From assembly GCF_006345805.1 (NCBI RefSeq), contig NC_043006.1:13454001-13518000 (forward strand): a stretch of DNA of 64,000 bases. Reading direction: 5' to 3'. This stretch comes from Octopus sinensis (taxonomy: Eukaryota). The notes under the pieces were generated by a model. That model saw nothing but the letters and a program-made list of their open reading frames with translations, ran no database searches and was not told the origin of the DNA. Positions 13,267 through 27,360 of the stretch are shown here, piece by piece (position 1 is the stretch's first letter; every line of letters starts with the position of its first letter). The position numbers were made by a program, and so were the translations under genes.

Positions 13267-16200
13267 CATATCTATTTCACTATTTATCTGGTGTCTAGCT
13301 CATTTATTAACACAAAATTTTGATGAAAGATTTTAATTTAATTCACTTTAATCCTTTTGTTGCTCTATATTGAAATACCATACGTTTATTTCATATAATT
13401 TTGAAACTAATAAAGAATTTAGGAAAATTAAGCTGGTGTTTGGAAAATAAACTAATACAGAATTTTGATGAAAGGTTTTAATTTAGGTCACTCCAATCTT
13501 TATCTTACCATATTTCTGTTGAAATACACTGAATTTGTTTCAAATAATTTAGTAAATAACGAAGAATTTATTAAAATAATTTTGCCGTTATTTAAAACTG
13601 GTGTTTGGAACATATTAACATGAAATCTTAATGAAAGGTTTTATAGGCGCAGGAGTGGCTGTGTGGTAAGTAGCTTGCTAACCAACCACATGGTTCCGGG
13701 TTCTGTCCCACTGCGTGGCATCTTGGGCAAGTGTCTTCTGCTATAGCCCCGGGCCGACCAATGCCTTGTGAGCGGATTTGGTAGACGGAAACTGAAAGAA
13801 GCCCGTCATATATATGTATATATATATATGTGTGTGTGTGTCTGTGTTTGTTCACCTAGCATTGCTTGACAACCGATGTTGGTGTGTTTACGTCCCCGTC
13901 ACTTAGCGGTTCGGCAAAAGAGACCGATAGAATTAGTACCGGGCTTACAAGTCCCAGGGTCGATTTGCTCGACTAAAGGCGGTGCTCCAGCATGGCTGCA
14001 GTCAAATGACTGAAGCAAGTAAAAGAGTAAAAGAGTAAAATTCAGATCACTCTAAAATAGGAGAACCAGGAATGGTCTCAGGATGGTTGGTTTCAAAAGG
14101 GTTATACAGAACATTGAGAGTATCAATCTCAAAGAGTCTCCAATGGTTAAGTGCCTCTGCCTCTTCCACCTGACCCAACAATTAAAAAAGTTTTTAGAAA
14201 TTAACAAAAAAAGCAGACATCACAGTTTCATGAAATTTCGAAAAAGTTCCATTTGTAAAGTTGTATAAAAGAAGACCTTTTTCTTAATTTTCAGTTGGAT
14301 TTTACACTTTCGTTTGTGGATGATTATGTAAGTTTGTCCTTAGAGAATGGGGCTATGCCTTTCAAGCTGAACCAAAATGAGAATAACAATAGTAAAAATG
14401 GTAAGTTATCACCTTTCATATTTTGTGGTTTTTATATGAAAAATCCAGCAAGCTTAGATGTAAGAGGGAGTGCGGAAAAGTTCCTGGCCTTGGATAAAAG
14501 AAAATACAAGAGGATTAGTTAATTAGTTAATTATGATTTTATCCAATATATTCCCCTCTTTGGTTCACACACTTATTGCAGTGGTCCTTCAGTTTTTCTA
14601 AGCTCTGCAAAAGAATTCGGAAGGTTGGGCCCCCAACTGGGCCTTTTGTGATACCCTTAACCCTTTCGTTACTGTATTTATTTTGAAATGATCTGTGTTT
14701 CTTTCAATTACTTTAAATATTACAAAGAAATTAGTAAAATAATTTGGTTATCATTCAGCTAGTGTTAGGAACATAAATTGTGACTAAGGTTTGATGGAAG
14801 ATTTTAATTCAAAACTTATGAAAACAAGACGTTTGTATTACAGGACCAGAGCCGGTTTCAGCCAGGTTGGTAACGAAAGGGTTGAAGCCAGGAAGTTTTC
14901 AGTGCTCCCTGATATGGTTGAGAAATTCACTTCACAACCATACTGGTTCTGGGGAGGCAAGAGAGAGTACTCTTATCTCCTCATTGAGCCTCCCCAGTAA
15001 AATCTACGCCAGGTATCTTGTAAAGAGATTTAAGGATATTGTTGAGCTCAGACTAGGTGAAGAACAGTGTGGCTTATATCATGGACATGGTACAAGTGAC
15101 TAAGCATTCAATCCGTGGCAGGTCTTTGAGAAATCTGGGGCATATTACCAACAGGTTTATGCTTGCTTTGTAGATCTGAAAAAGGTATAAGACGACATGT
15201 TGCAGGACATGCTGTGGAAGGTTTTGCAGGAGTTTGAGATCAATGATCCACTTCAGGTTACTGTGAAGCCCCTATACGAATGTTCATGTTCAGGTGATTG
15301 GACTTCAGCAGTGGTGCATATTTTATCATCTAGTTTCAGCTCACGAGCTGTGGCCATGCTGGGGCATTGCCATTCGGTGTTGCTACATGATTTTACTTCA
15401 CGAATGCTTTTTATAGCAATTGACATTTGGTGCATGAGAGAGTTTGATGCAGCTGCCCTCATCTGCACCTCTTGCCGTGAAGTTGGTTCATCTGGGACAC
15501 CTGACAGGAAGAGTTGTGCATATTGTTGTCTCTCCTCTTCATAATTCATATGAGCTGGATTAACATGTGCAGCCATTCTGGGAGAGACATCAAAACTGGT
15601 GGATGTGGGGATCAGTTAGCTTGATATTTGCAGGCATCATGGTGCTACTTGGCTCATCAGAAGGTGTTCTCTCAGCATGCACTAAATGGATTTGCTACCA
15701 AGTGCTGCCAGGCAAAGATGAGAATAAGTGTTGTGAAGACTGAGACATTGGTCCTTTCAAGAAAACCATCGAATTGAACTCTGCCTGTTATCAGAACATC
15801 ACTTGACAAGGAAGAAGTTCAAATATGTTAGGGTTGTGTTCGTTGTTGATGGAGGCAGGAGGCTGGATTGGATGCTGAGATTGCTGGTACTGGTGCAGTA
15901 ATGCACCAGTTTCAACATTCAACCCTCAAAAGAAGAGAGGCTGGTAAAAGCCCATCTTGCAATTTGCTATCTTCTGTTTGGTTTCCACGACTGTCCTCAT
16001 CTAAGGCCATAAATGTTGGGTAATTAGTGAAAGAGGCCATGCCAAAGCTGACATCAGAGCAGTCCTGTGGCTTGTCAGATCCTGCCAGACCATCCAAACT
16101 ATGCCAGAATGGTAAATGGAATTTAGATGGTGGCGGTGGTGACAGTAGCAGTGGTGGCAGTGGCAGTGGTGGTAGTAGTAGTAGTAGCAGCAGCAGCAGT

Positions 16201-18007
16201 AGTAGTAGCAGCAGCAGTAGTAGTAGTAGTAGCAGTAGTAGTTGTAGCAGCAGTAGTAGCAGCAGCAGTAGTAGTAGCAGTAGCAGCAGCAGCAGTAGTA
16301 GTAGTAGTAGAAATGATATATAAATAAAGCTACTGAAGTGAAAAAAAAAGTAAAGTGTACAATTTTTGTTTTTTTGCAGAAATGTGGCTGTTTGATGACC
16401 TGCAGTACGACATTTACCCTTCCTCAGAAATACCGCCCTGGCCAAACCAGATAGAGAACGGTCGTACGAATAACAGAAAACTTGATGTTAACAGCAACAG
16501 CAGTGCCGAGAATACTTTCACAAATATTAGCAACAAGTCTAGGAACTTGTAAGTATTCTCTCCACTTACTCCTTCATTCATCTTCCCAGTGGAGGCGTAA
16601 TGGCCCAGTGGTTAGGGCAGCGGACTCGCGGTCATAGGATCGCGGTTTCGATTCCCAGACCGAGCGTTGTGAGTGTTTATTGAGCGAAAACACCTAAAAG
16701 CTCCACGAGGCTCCGGCAGGGGATGGTGGTGATCCCTGCTGTACTCTTTCACCACAACTTTCTCTCATTCTTACTTCCTGTTTCTGTTGTACCTGTATTT
16801 CAAGGGGCCGGCCTTGTCACTCTCTGTGTCACGCTGAATATCCCCGAGAACTACGTTAAGGGTGCACGTGTCTGTGGAGTGCTCAGCCACTTACACGTTA
16901 ATTTCACGAGCAGGCTGTTCCGTTGATTCGGATCAACCGGAACCCTCGTCGTCGTAACCGACGAGTGCTTCCCATTCATCTTCCCATTTATATACTCTTT
17001 TACTCTTTTACTCTTTTACTTGTTTCAGTCATTTGACTGTGGCCATGCTGGAGCACCGCCTTTTAGTCGAGCAAATCGACCCCGGGACTTATTCTTTGTA
17101 AGCCCAGTACTTATTCTATCGGACTCTTTTGCCGAACCGCTAAGTGACGTGACGGGGACGTAAACACACCAGCATCGGTTGTCAAGCAATGCTAGGGGGA
17201 CAAACACAGACACACAAACACACACACATACATATATATATATATACATATATACGACAGGCTTCTTTCAGTTTCCGTCTAACAAATCCACTCACAAGGC
17301 ATTGGTCGACCTGGGGCTATAGCAGAAGACACTTGCCCAAGATGCCACGCAGTGGGACTGAACCCAGAACCATGTGGTTGTTTAGCAAGCTACTTACCAC
17401 ACAGCCACTCCTGCGCCTATCTTTTATATTTTTACGGACAGTGGCTGCGATGGGATTCAGTTTTAAAGGCTCTTAGTCAAAGAAATCAACCCAGTTTTTT
17501 TTTTTTTTTAATCTGGTGCTTATCCTGCCAGACTCTCTCGCTGAACCACTAAGTTACTGGGACATGAACAAAGCAACATTGGTCATAAGGTCGGGTGGCA
17601 GGGAACTCTGTTGAAAGCTTTCTCCAAGTTGACGAAGGCTAAGTACAAAGGCGGCTTAGTTTTGCAAGTACTTTTCCTGCAGCTAGATAGACAGACAGAC
17701 AGACAGACAGATATTAGTTTCAAATTCTGGTATAAGGACAGCAAGTTTGGGGTAGGGTTGAGTCGATTACATCAAACCCAGCGTCCATCTCTTTACTCTC
17801 TTTTACTCTTTTACTTGTTTCAGTCATTTGACTGCGGCCATGCTGGAGCACCACCTTTAGTCGGGCAACTCGACCCCAGGACTTATTCTTTGTAAGCCCA
17901 GTACTTATTCTATCGGTCTCTTTTGCCGAACCGCTAAGTGACGGGGACGTAAACACACCAGCACCGGTTGTCAAGCAATGCTAGGGGGGACAAACACCGA
18001 CACACAA

Positions 18008-18038
<31 letters not shown>

Positions 18039-21000
18039 CATATATACGACAGGCTTCCTTCAGTTTCCGTCTACCAAATCCACTCACAAGGCATTGGTCG
18101 GCCCGGGGCAATAGCAGAAGACACTTGCCCAAGATGCCACGCAGTGAGACTGAACCCGGAACCATGTGGTTGGTTAGCAAGCTATTTACCACACAGCCAC
18201 TCCTGCGCCTACTTATTTTACTACTTATTTAAGCATTGGTACTTATTTTACTAAACCCAAAAGCAGGGTTGGTAAAATGCTATTCCATCCAGCCATAAAA
18301 ACCATGCCTAAACACACTCAGAAACATGGCACAGGCTCCTGTCAAGCCGTCTGACCCGTACCAGCATGGAAGGAGGACGTTAAATGATGATGATGATGAA
18401 TGTACAGGCAGACAAAATGCTACTAAACATTGTGTCCAGCAGGCTAACAATTCTGCCAGCTCATTGCCCTAGATCATCATCATCATCATTTAGCGTCCGT
18501 TTTCCATGCTAGCATGGGTTGGATGGTTCAACTGGGGTCTGTGAAGCCAGAAGGCTGCATCAGGCCCAGTCTGATCTGGCAGTGTTTCTACGGCTGGATG
18601 CCCTTCCTAACGCCAACCACTCCGTGAGTGTAGTGGGTGCTTTTTACGTGCCACCTGCACAGGAGCCAGACAGAGCTGGCAAACGGCCACGAACGGATGG
18701 TGCTTTTTACGTGCCACTGCCCTAGATAGCTATTGATATATATATGTGCATTTATGGGTAAGACAATGTCAGTATTCCAATGCCTTCATCCAGTAAGGAG
18801 ATGGGAAACCATCAATAAGAAGATAGAGCGGTGGGCTAGCAGAAACTTTAGCATGCCGGGCAAAATGATTAGCAGTATTTCGTCCGCCGCTACGTTCTGA
18901 GTTCAAATTCCACTGAGGTCGACTTTGCCTTTCATCCTTTTGGGGTCGATAAGTACCAGTTACACACTGGGGTCAATATAATCGACTTAATCCGTTTGTC
19001 TGTCCTTGCTTGTCCCTCTATGTTTAGCCCCTTGAGAGCAATAAAGAAATGAGAAATGTTAGCCCGCCGGGCGAAATGCTTAGCGGTATTTTGTCTGCCT
19101 CTACATTCTGAGTTCAAATTCTGCTGAGGTCGACTTTGCCTTTCATCCTTTCGGGGTCAATTAAATAAGTACCAGTTACACACCGGGGTCGATATTATCA
19201 ACTTAATCCGTTTGTCTGTCCTTGTTTGTCCCCTCTCTGTTTAGCCCCTTGTGGGTAGTAAAGAAATAGAAATAGGTATTTCGTCTGCCGTTACGTTCTG
19301 AGTTCAAATTCCACTGAAGTCGACTTTGCCTTTCATCCTTTCGGGGGTCGATTAAACAAGTACCAGTTACACACTGGGGTCGATGTAATCAACTTAATCC
19401 GTTTGTCTGTCCTTGCTTGTCCTCTCTCTGTTTAGCCCCTTGTGGGTAGTAAAGAAATAGAAATAGGTATTTCGTCTGCCGTTACGTTCTGAGTTCAAAT
19501 TCCGCCGAGGCCGACTTTGCCTTTCATCCTTTCGGGGTCGATTAAACAAGTACCAGTTACACACTGGGGTCGATGTAATCAACTTGATCCCGTTGTCTGT
19601 CCTTGTTTGTCCCCTCTATGTTTGTCCCCTTGTGGGTAGTAAAGAAATAAGAAGATAGAGCTGTAGCTATACTCTGTTATTGTTATACTAGCAGCCGCCT
19701 ACATCTGTGAAACTGGAAAGAAGACCGAAAGAATTCCTCGACTCCCTGCCAGGCTCCATCGACGCTGCCCCCTTCCAAGCAGCAGCATTGGCAGTGGTCA
19801 CTTTGATTTATTTCCGTTTTTACTTTTGGTTTCAGTAATTCCCAGTTACTTCAATTAAAGGGTATTAAAAAAGTCTGGACTAAAGATGGCATCGTCCAAG
19901 AACATTCTACCACTAATTCTTCAAGTGAGAAAACTGATTTTGCTGGTGGTTTACAGGTAATATTTTGTTTTATTTCCTTTTTATTTCTTAGTCCACAGAA
20001 TATTTCACACTAGAAAAGAATGTTGATTTCAAATTTTGGCACAGGGCCTGCAATTTCGAGGAAATCGATAAGTCGATTCCATCTACCCCAATACTCCACT
20101 GATACTCACAGTTGTTGTGGGAAGTATCATCAGTAATGTTTCTGAAGGCATATGGCTCAGTGGTTAAAGCATCGAGCTTACAATCGTGAGGTTGTGAGTT
20201 CAAATCCCGGACCGGGCTGCGTGTTGTGTTCTCGAGCAAGGCACTTTATTTCACGTTGCTCCAGTTCACTCAGCTGTAGAAATGAGTTGCGACGTCACAG
20301 GTGCCAAGCTGTAGCAGCCCCTTTGCCTTTCCCTTGGACAACACTAGTGGCGCAGAGAGGGGAGGCCAGTACACATGGGCGACTGCTGGTCTTCCATAAA
20401 CAACCTTGCCCGGACTTGTGCCTGTGAGAGTAACTTTCTAGGTGCAATCCCACGGTCAGTCATGACCAAAGGGGGGGGGGGTCTCAGCAATGTTTCTGGG
20501 GTTTCAGGGGGTTTCTGATCTTTCAACATCCGAGCCCCCAGCTTGCATCCCAACCGTAGCAAACCACTGGTTTGCCTTCTTTATTCAAAGCCACTCAGTG
20601 ACATTTTCTACAGCTTCAAGTGATAGAATATACAGCCTTCCTCTTTGCTGCTTATATATACACATTAAAAGAAAGACTGGGAAATTTGGTAAGACAGGAC
20701 TCACTGAGGCAGATTCTCTACAGCTGGATGCTCTTCCTGTCACCAACTCAAACCGTTTCCAAGCAACAATCAAAACAAATCAAAATAGATGAACATCAAT
20801 GGAATTTGTATCTTTGTGGTACCAGTGCCGGTGGCACACAAGAAAACCATCCGAACGTGGCCGTAGCCAGTACCGCATCGACTGGCCTCCGTGCTGTGGG
20901 CACGTAACAGACACCATCCGATCGTGGCCGTTCGCCAGTCTCACCTGGCACCTGTGTCGGTGGCACATAAAAACACCGTCTGCCAGCCTCGTCTGGCACC

Positions 21001-21493
21001 TGTGTCGGTGGCACATAAAAACACCATCCGAGCGTGGCCGTCTGCCAGCCTCGTCTGGCACCTGTGTCGGTGGCACATAAAAAAAACACCATCCGAGCGT
21101 GGCCGTCTGCCAGCCTCGTCTGGCACCTGTGTTGGTGGCACATAAAAAAAACACCATCCAAGCATGGCCGTCTGCCATCCTCATCTGGCACCTGTGTCGG
21201 TGGCACATGAAAAAAAACACCATCCGAGCGTGGCCGTCTGCCAGCCTCGTCTGGCACCTGTGTTGGTGGCACATAAAAAACACCATCCGAGCGTGGCCGT
21301 ACGCCAGCCTCGTCTGGCACCTGTGTCGGCGGCACATAAAATCACCCACTACACTCTCGGAGTGGTTGGCGTTAGGAAGGGCATCCAGCTGTAGAAACAC
21401 TGCCAGATCAGACTGGAGCCTGGTGCAGCCTTCGGGCTCCCCAGACCCCAGTTGAACCGTCCAACCCATGCTAGCATGGAAAGCGGACGTTAA

Positions 21494-21525
<32 letters not shown>

Positions 21526-21873
21526 ACCTTCTAATGGCCTGACCTGTTTTCCAAAGAATTCTGGAAGTAAATAGCATCACTTATATATCAGTGACACTCA
21601 TTTAGAATCATCACATGATACCATGACAAGAGGCCTCATAAACACACATGCACACACTCTTTTACTTGTTTCAGTCATTCGTCTGTGGCCATGCTGGAGC
21701 ACCGCCTTTAGCCGACCAAATCGACCCCAGGACTTATTCTTTGTAAGCCTAGTACTTATTCTATCGGCCTCTTTTGCCGAACCGCTAAGTTACGGGGACG
21801 TAAACACATCAGCATCGGTTGTCAAGCGATGTTGGGGGCACAAACACAGACACGCAAACGTATACATACATAC

Positions 21874-21930
<57 letters not shown>

Positions 21931-24900
21931 ACCCATGCTAGCATGGAAAGCGGACGTTAAACGATGATGATGATGATGATATATATATATGTGCAGGTGG
22001 CACGTAAAAAACACCCACTACACTCGCGGAGTGGTTGGCGTTAGGAAGGGTATCCAGCCGTAGAAACACTGCCAGATCTGACTGGGCCTGACGAAGCCTT
22101 CCAGCTTCACAGACCCCAGTTGACCCGTCCAACCCATGCTAGCATGGAAAACGGACGCTAAACGATGATGATGATGATGATGATGATACGACGGGCTTCT
22201 TTCAGTTTCCGTCTAACAAATCCACTCACAAGGCTTTGGTCGGCCCGAGGCTATAGTAGAAGACACTTGCCCAAGGTGCCACGCAGTCGGACTGAATCCA
22301 GAACCAATGTGGTTGGTAAGCAAGCTACTTACCACACAGCCAGGCTTCCGCATAGTTTCCATCTGTCAAGTCCACTCACAAGACATTGGTCAGCCTGGGA
22401 ATTCTAGTAGAAAACATTTATGTAAAGTGCTGTGCATTGGAACTGAACCCGAAACTACATGGTTGGCAAGCTAGCTTCTTACCCACACAGCCATGCCTAA
22501 TACTTTTGTGGAATTACTAATGTAATTTCGTTGTGAATAAATTGTAAATCCCCCAAAACTCCGAGCCATGTTTAAATATTATTTTGTGACAGCAGGGTGA
22601 CGAAACCAAAGAACTCAGTCAGGAAGAAGAGATTAAACAGAACGAAAAACAACAATTTGCTACTGCTTTATTTGCTGGGATTTCGCCGCAGGTGCTGTAC
22701 ATTATATTTTTTGTTTTGTTTTAGTTGGTTTTTGCCTTTTAATATTTTTGTTTTGTTTTAGTTGGTTTTTGCCTTTTAATATTTTTGTTTTTCGGGAGGT
22801 GTTTTTTCCAGGAAATTTCTTACTGTGACTTATAATTTATCTTGTAAAAAATTATGTAAAATACTATTTCTTGTTACAATCTTACAAGTTAAATGGTAAA
22901 CTTTTAAATTCATGTTATGTATATATATTGTCATCGTCATTGTCAGCATCATCATCGTCGAGTTCATGGCTGCTTCCTGCACCAATTTCGCATAGCCCCA
23001 GCCCATCAAAAGTACCTTGGATTGCAGAATGACCTGCTGCGCTTACCTTTGATCGTAGGGTGACCTGCTGTGCTTGAGGAGACCTATTGAGTCAAGTACA
23101 TCAACATCAAAATAAAATGGAAATTGTAGTTATGATACCTGTGCCAGCGGCACGTAAAATGCACCATTCGAACGTGGCTGATGCCAGCGCCGCCTTGACT
23201 GGCTTCTGTGCCAGTGACACATAAAAAGCACCATCCGAACGTGGCTGATGCCAGCGCCGCCTTGACTGGCTTCTGTGCCAGTGACACATAAAAAGCACCA
23301 TCCGAACGTGGCTGATGCCAGTGCCGCCTTGACTGGCTTCTGTGCCGGTGGCATGTAAAAAGCACCAACTGATCGTTGCTGCTGCCAGCATCCCCTGGCA
23401 CCTATGCTGGTGGCACGTAAAAAGCACCCACTACACTCACAGAGTGGTTGGCGTTAGGAAGGGTATCCAGCTGTAGAAACATTGCCAGATCAGACTGGAG
23501 CCTGGTGCAGCCTCCTGGCTTCCCAGACCCCGGTCAAACCGTCCAACCCATGCTAGCATGGAAAACGGACGTTAAATGATGATGATGATGACTGCTTTTT
23601 TGTTACCAGTTAAATGGTAAACTTTTAAATTCATATTATGTATATATATATATTGTCAACATCATTATTGTCAGCATCATCATCATTGTTTTAACATGTT
23701 TTACCATGCTCGCATGAATTAGATTGAATTTGTTGAGGCAGATTTTTGCTACAGCCTGATGCTCTTCCAGTCACCAACACTCTCCTGTTTCCAAGCAAGA
23801 GGATATTTCCCCATTGCCACACATGTTTCCATGGAAGATTGAAATCGAAGGTCATTGCTTGTATTATGGTGATGCTCATTTACGAATATCATGTGATCGA
23901 GCAAAATCGCAGTCATGGTAGATACTGGTGTCACACAAATGGCACCCATGAATGACAGTGGCACCTAAAATCACCTATTACACTCTCAAAGTGGTTGGTG
24001 TTAGGAAGGGCATCCAGCCATAGAAACCATGCCAAATCAGACTGGAGCCTTCCATCTTGCCAGCCCTGGTCAAACCATCCAGCCTATGCCAGCATAGACA
24101 ACGTACATTAAATGATGATCAAAAGAGCACCATACGTGTGTGATCATTGACAGAGTGGCTAACCAGCTTCCGTGCCAGTGGCACTTAAAAGGCACCATTC
24201 GAACGTGATCGTTACCAGCGTTGCTTTAAAGAGCACCATCCGAGCATGATCATTGCAAGAGTGGCTATCTGCTCTCCATGCTGGTGGCACGTAAAAGACA
24301 CCATTCGAGCATGATCGTTACCAGCATCGCCTTACTGGCACCTGTGCTGGTGGCATGTGTAAAAGATTTGAGCGAGGTTGTTGCCAGTACTGCCTGACTG
24401 GCCCCGTGCCAGTGGCACGTAAAAGCACCCATGACACTCTCAGAGTGGTTGGCGTTAGGAAGGACATCCAGCTGTAGAAACTCTGCAAGATCAAGATTGA
24501 AGCCTGGTGCAGCCATCTGGTTCGCCAGCCCTCAGTCCAACCCATGCTAGCATGGAAAGCGGACGTTAAATGATGATGACGATGACAAGGCAAGAAAATT
24601 CTAACACACACACACTCATATATTTATGGTGGCCTACTTTCATTTTCTGTTTTCTAAATCCACTTGCAAGGTTTTAGTCAGCCCGAGGCCATACTAGAAG
24701 ATACTTGTCTGAGGTGCCATGCAGTTGGACTGAACCCAAAACCATATGATGGGGGAAGAGAATTCCTTAACCACACAGCTACATCTGCATCTCACCTATA
24801 TTTTCATATATATTGCATAAATTCTGTGAAGATGCATGGCCTAATGGTTAAGCTGTTGCATTCACAACTGCTAGATCGTGGTTTTGATACCCTAACCAGG

Positions 24901-27329
24901 CATTGTTCTTGTGTTCTTGAGCAAAACACCTCATTTCATATTGCTCCAGTCCCCCTTCGATCAGGGAAGGGGATTGTTGGCCTGCTCGCCGAGCCAGCAA
25001 GGTGGGGTCATTTGAAGACTAAAACAATGCAATCGTGCATTGTGGCCAGCAATGTGTAGCCACATGTGGTAGTCTGGTCGGTTACGTGATCACGTGATTG
25101 CATAAATTCTATGGTGATATGTGAGGTTAATTTGCATAAATTCCTCTCTATCAAAATTATTGTTATCTTCTGAAAAACAATGGTATAGACATAGGCATGG
25201 CTGTGTGGTAAGAAGTTTGCTTCCCATCTACATTATTTTGGGTTCAGTCCCACTGTATGGCACTTTAAACAAGAGTCTTCTAATATAGCCTTGGGCTAAC
25301 CAAAGCATTGTGGGTAGATTTGGTTGACAGAAACTGAAAGAAGCCCATCTTATATATATATATATTTATAGATATATATAGGAAAACCTGGGACAAGGTG
25401 GTGAAGCACGACCTTCGAACTTTAGGTCTCACTGAGGAAATGACTAGAGACCGAGACCTCTGGAAGTGTGCTGTGCGCGAGAAGACCCGGCAGGACAAGT
25501 GAGTCCATAACCCGTGGCCTTCTACATGGGATGGAGCCAGCCTACGTATGCATACCTTCCCTTCTTGGGACACAAAACTCTACTTGTGAAGACATGTTGA
25601 GGCAAGTGAGGATCAGAATCGACATCGATCAATGGAAATTGCAGATGTGTTACCAGTGCCGGTGGCATGTAAGAGAACTTTCCGTTTCGCGACCGTTGCC
25701 AGCACCACCCCGTTTCATGTCCGTTGCCAGCCTCGCCTGGCCCTCGTGCCGGTGGCACATAAAAAGCACCATCCGTTCGTGGCCGTTTGCCAGCTCTGTC
25801 TGGCACCAGTGCGGGTGGCACGTAAAAAGCACCCACTACACTCACGGAGTGGTTGGCGTTAGGAAAGGCATCCAGCCGTAGAAACACTGCCAGATTTGAC
25901 TGGGCCTGATGAAGCCTTCTGGCTTCACAGACCCCAGTAGAACCGTCCAACCCATGCTAGCATGGAAAACGGACGCTAAACGATGATGATGATGATGATG
26001 ATGATCTAATATAGGATAAAATTTTTCGAAAAAATTCTATCAATGGCCAGCATATTAAAAAATACCTTTAAAGGTTAAATCTATAAACAACTTATAAACA
26101 AGGGCAAAAGAAAAAAATTTCTAATGCCAAGTATGCCGAAAATAGACACATCGTCAATAACCATATAATTCATCACTATAAGCACGCATCTTGAAGAAAG
26201 CTGACAGAAATTACTAAAAATTTCCGTTATTATCGTATCGGAACTGATTTCAGAGTTAATTCATAAGAAACTTCTCTTCATCAGTGATAAATGCGGCAAA
26301 GAAATGAATGAAATACTCACTTATACCCATGGAAGAAATATTTATAGATATAGATATATATATGTGCGTGTGTGTGTGTGTGTGTCTTTGGGTCTGTGTT
26401 TATCCTCCACCACTGCCTGGCAACCAGTACTGGTGTGTTTACATCCCTGTAACTTAGCAGTTCAGTATAAGAAACCAATAAAATAAGTACCAGGCTTTAA
26501 AAAAAAATAAGTACTGGGATCGATTCATTTGAGTAAAATTTCTTTAAGCTGGTGCCCCAGCATGGCCACAGTCTAATGATTGAACCAAATAAAGGATAAG
26601 ACTTAGTTCCAGATTTCTCTAGTTGCAGAATCCCATTCAGATTGTTCTCTTGTCCCCTTCTTTCACTACTCTGCTTTACTCATCTGCCCCCTTCCCCACC
26701 TCTCCCACAAAAATGATTTGATTTTAATGAGATTGCTCAGTTTTATTTTATTATTGTCATAGAACCAAACCAATTATAATAACTTCCTCCCCCATCTACT
26801 TCTCTTACTTTCACTTTCTCTTTGCATTGACTGTTTTTTTTTTCTTTTCCATAAAGTCTTTTGTCATAAAAGATTCTAACCAATTCAGATAGCTTTCTCA
26901 CTCATCCACTTGTCTCTTTCATCCTGCTCCCTGAATCTATCCCTTTTTCACAAGCATTATTTTAATGAGACTGCTGAAGTCTATTAAAGAATCTCACCAT
27001 TTCCATAGATCTTCCACTCCCATATATTTCACCCCACTTTCACTCTTCTACCCATTATTTTTCTGCAAAGAAGATTTTAATGAGATCTTTAAAGTCTGGT
27101 TTTCTAGCCTCACCAATTACACTTATTTTGCTTTACTGTTACAGGGTATCTAAACAATATTTTAAGGCCAAAGCATGCCTCATGTCAAGCTTAGTAAATA
27201 CGCTGTGTCTCACCCACGTTTCCCCTGCTGCTAACATGTTTCTACTATGTTTCCTATTTTGTTAAAAGAAACAACTCTATGTTTCATAATAACAGGACTC
27301 TCTTACTATATTGTATAATACTGCCATTG

Positions 27330-27360
<31 letters not shown>

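Noticed and set aside
16589-16665. Possible tRNA genes at SINE heads (also 20144, 52492, 57703, 59748)
   Set aside because: A and B boxes are present but the acceptor stems do not pair, and each continues into a repeated SINE body
20945-21345. CRISPR-like appearance of regularly spaced hairpin repeats (also the 184-bp arrays)
   Set aside because: Intervening sequences are near-identical rather than unique spacers; eukaryotic retroelement context; no cas genes
20780-21580. 266-aa and overlapping repetitive ORFs (CHRHRCQ repeats)
   Set aside because: They arise from the ~60-bp tandem module of the RTE 3' UTR and are open in several frames on both strands
25900-25935. CTGATGA-AGCC-TTCT-GGCT in the RTE 3' UTR resembling a hammerhead half (also 22087)
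   Set aside because: No GAAA after the stem and no helix I or III; other copies read CTGGTGCAGCC
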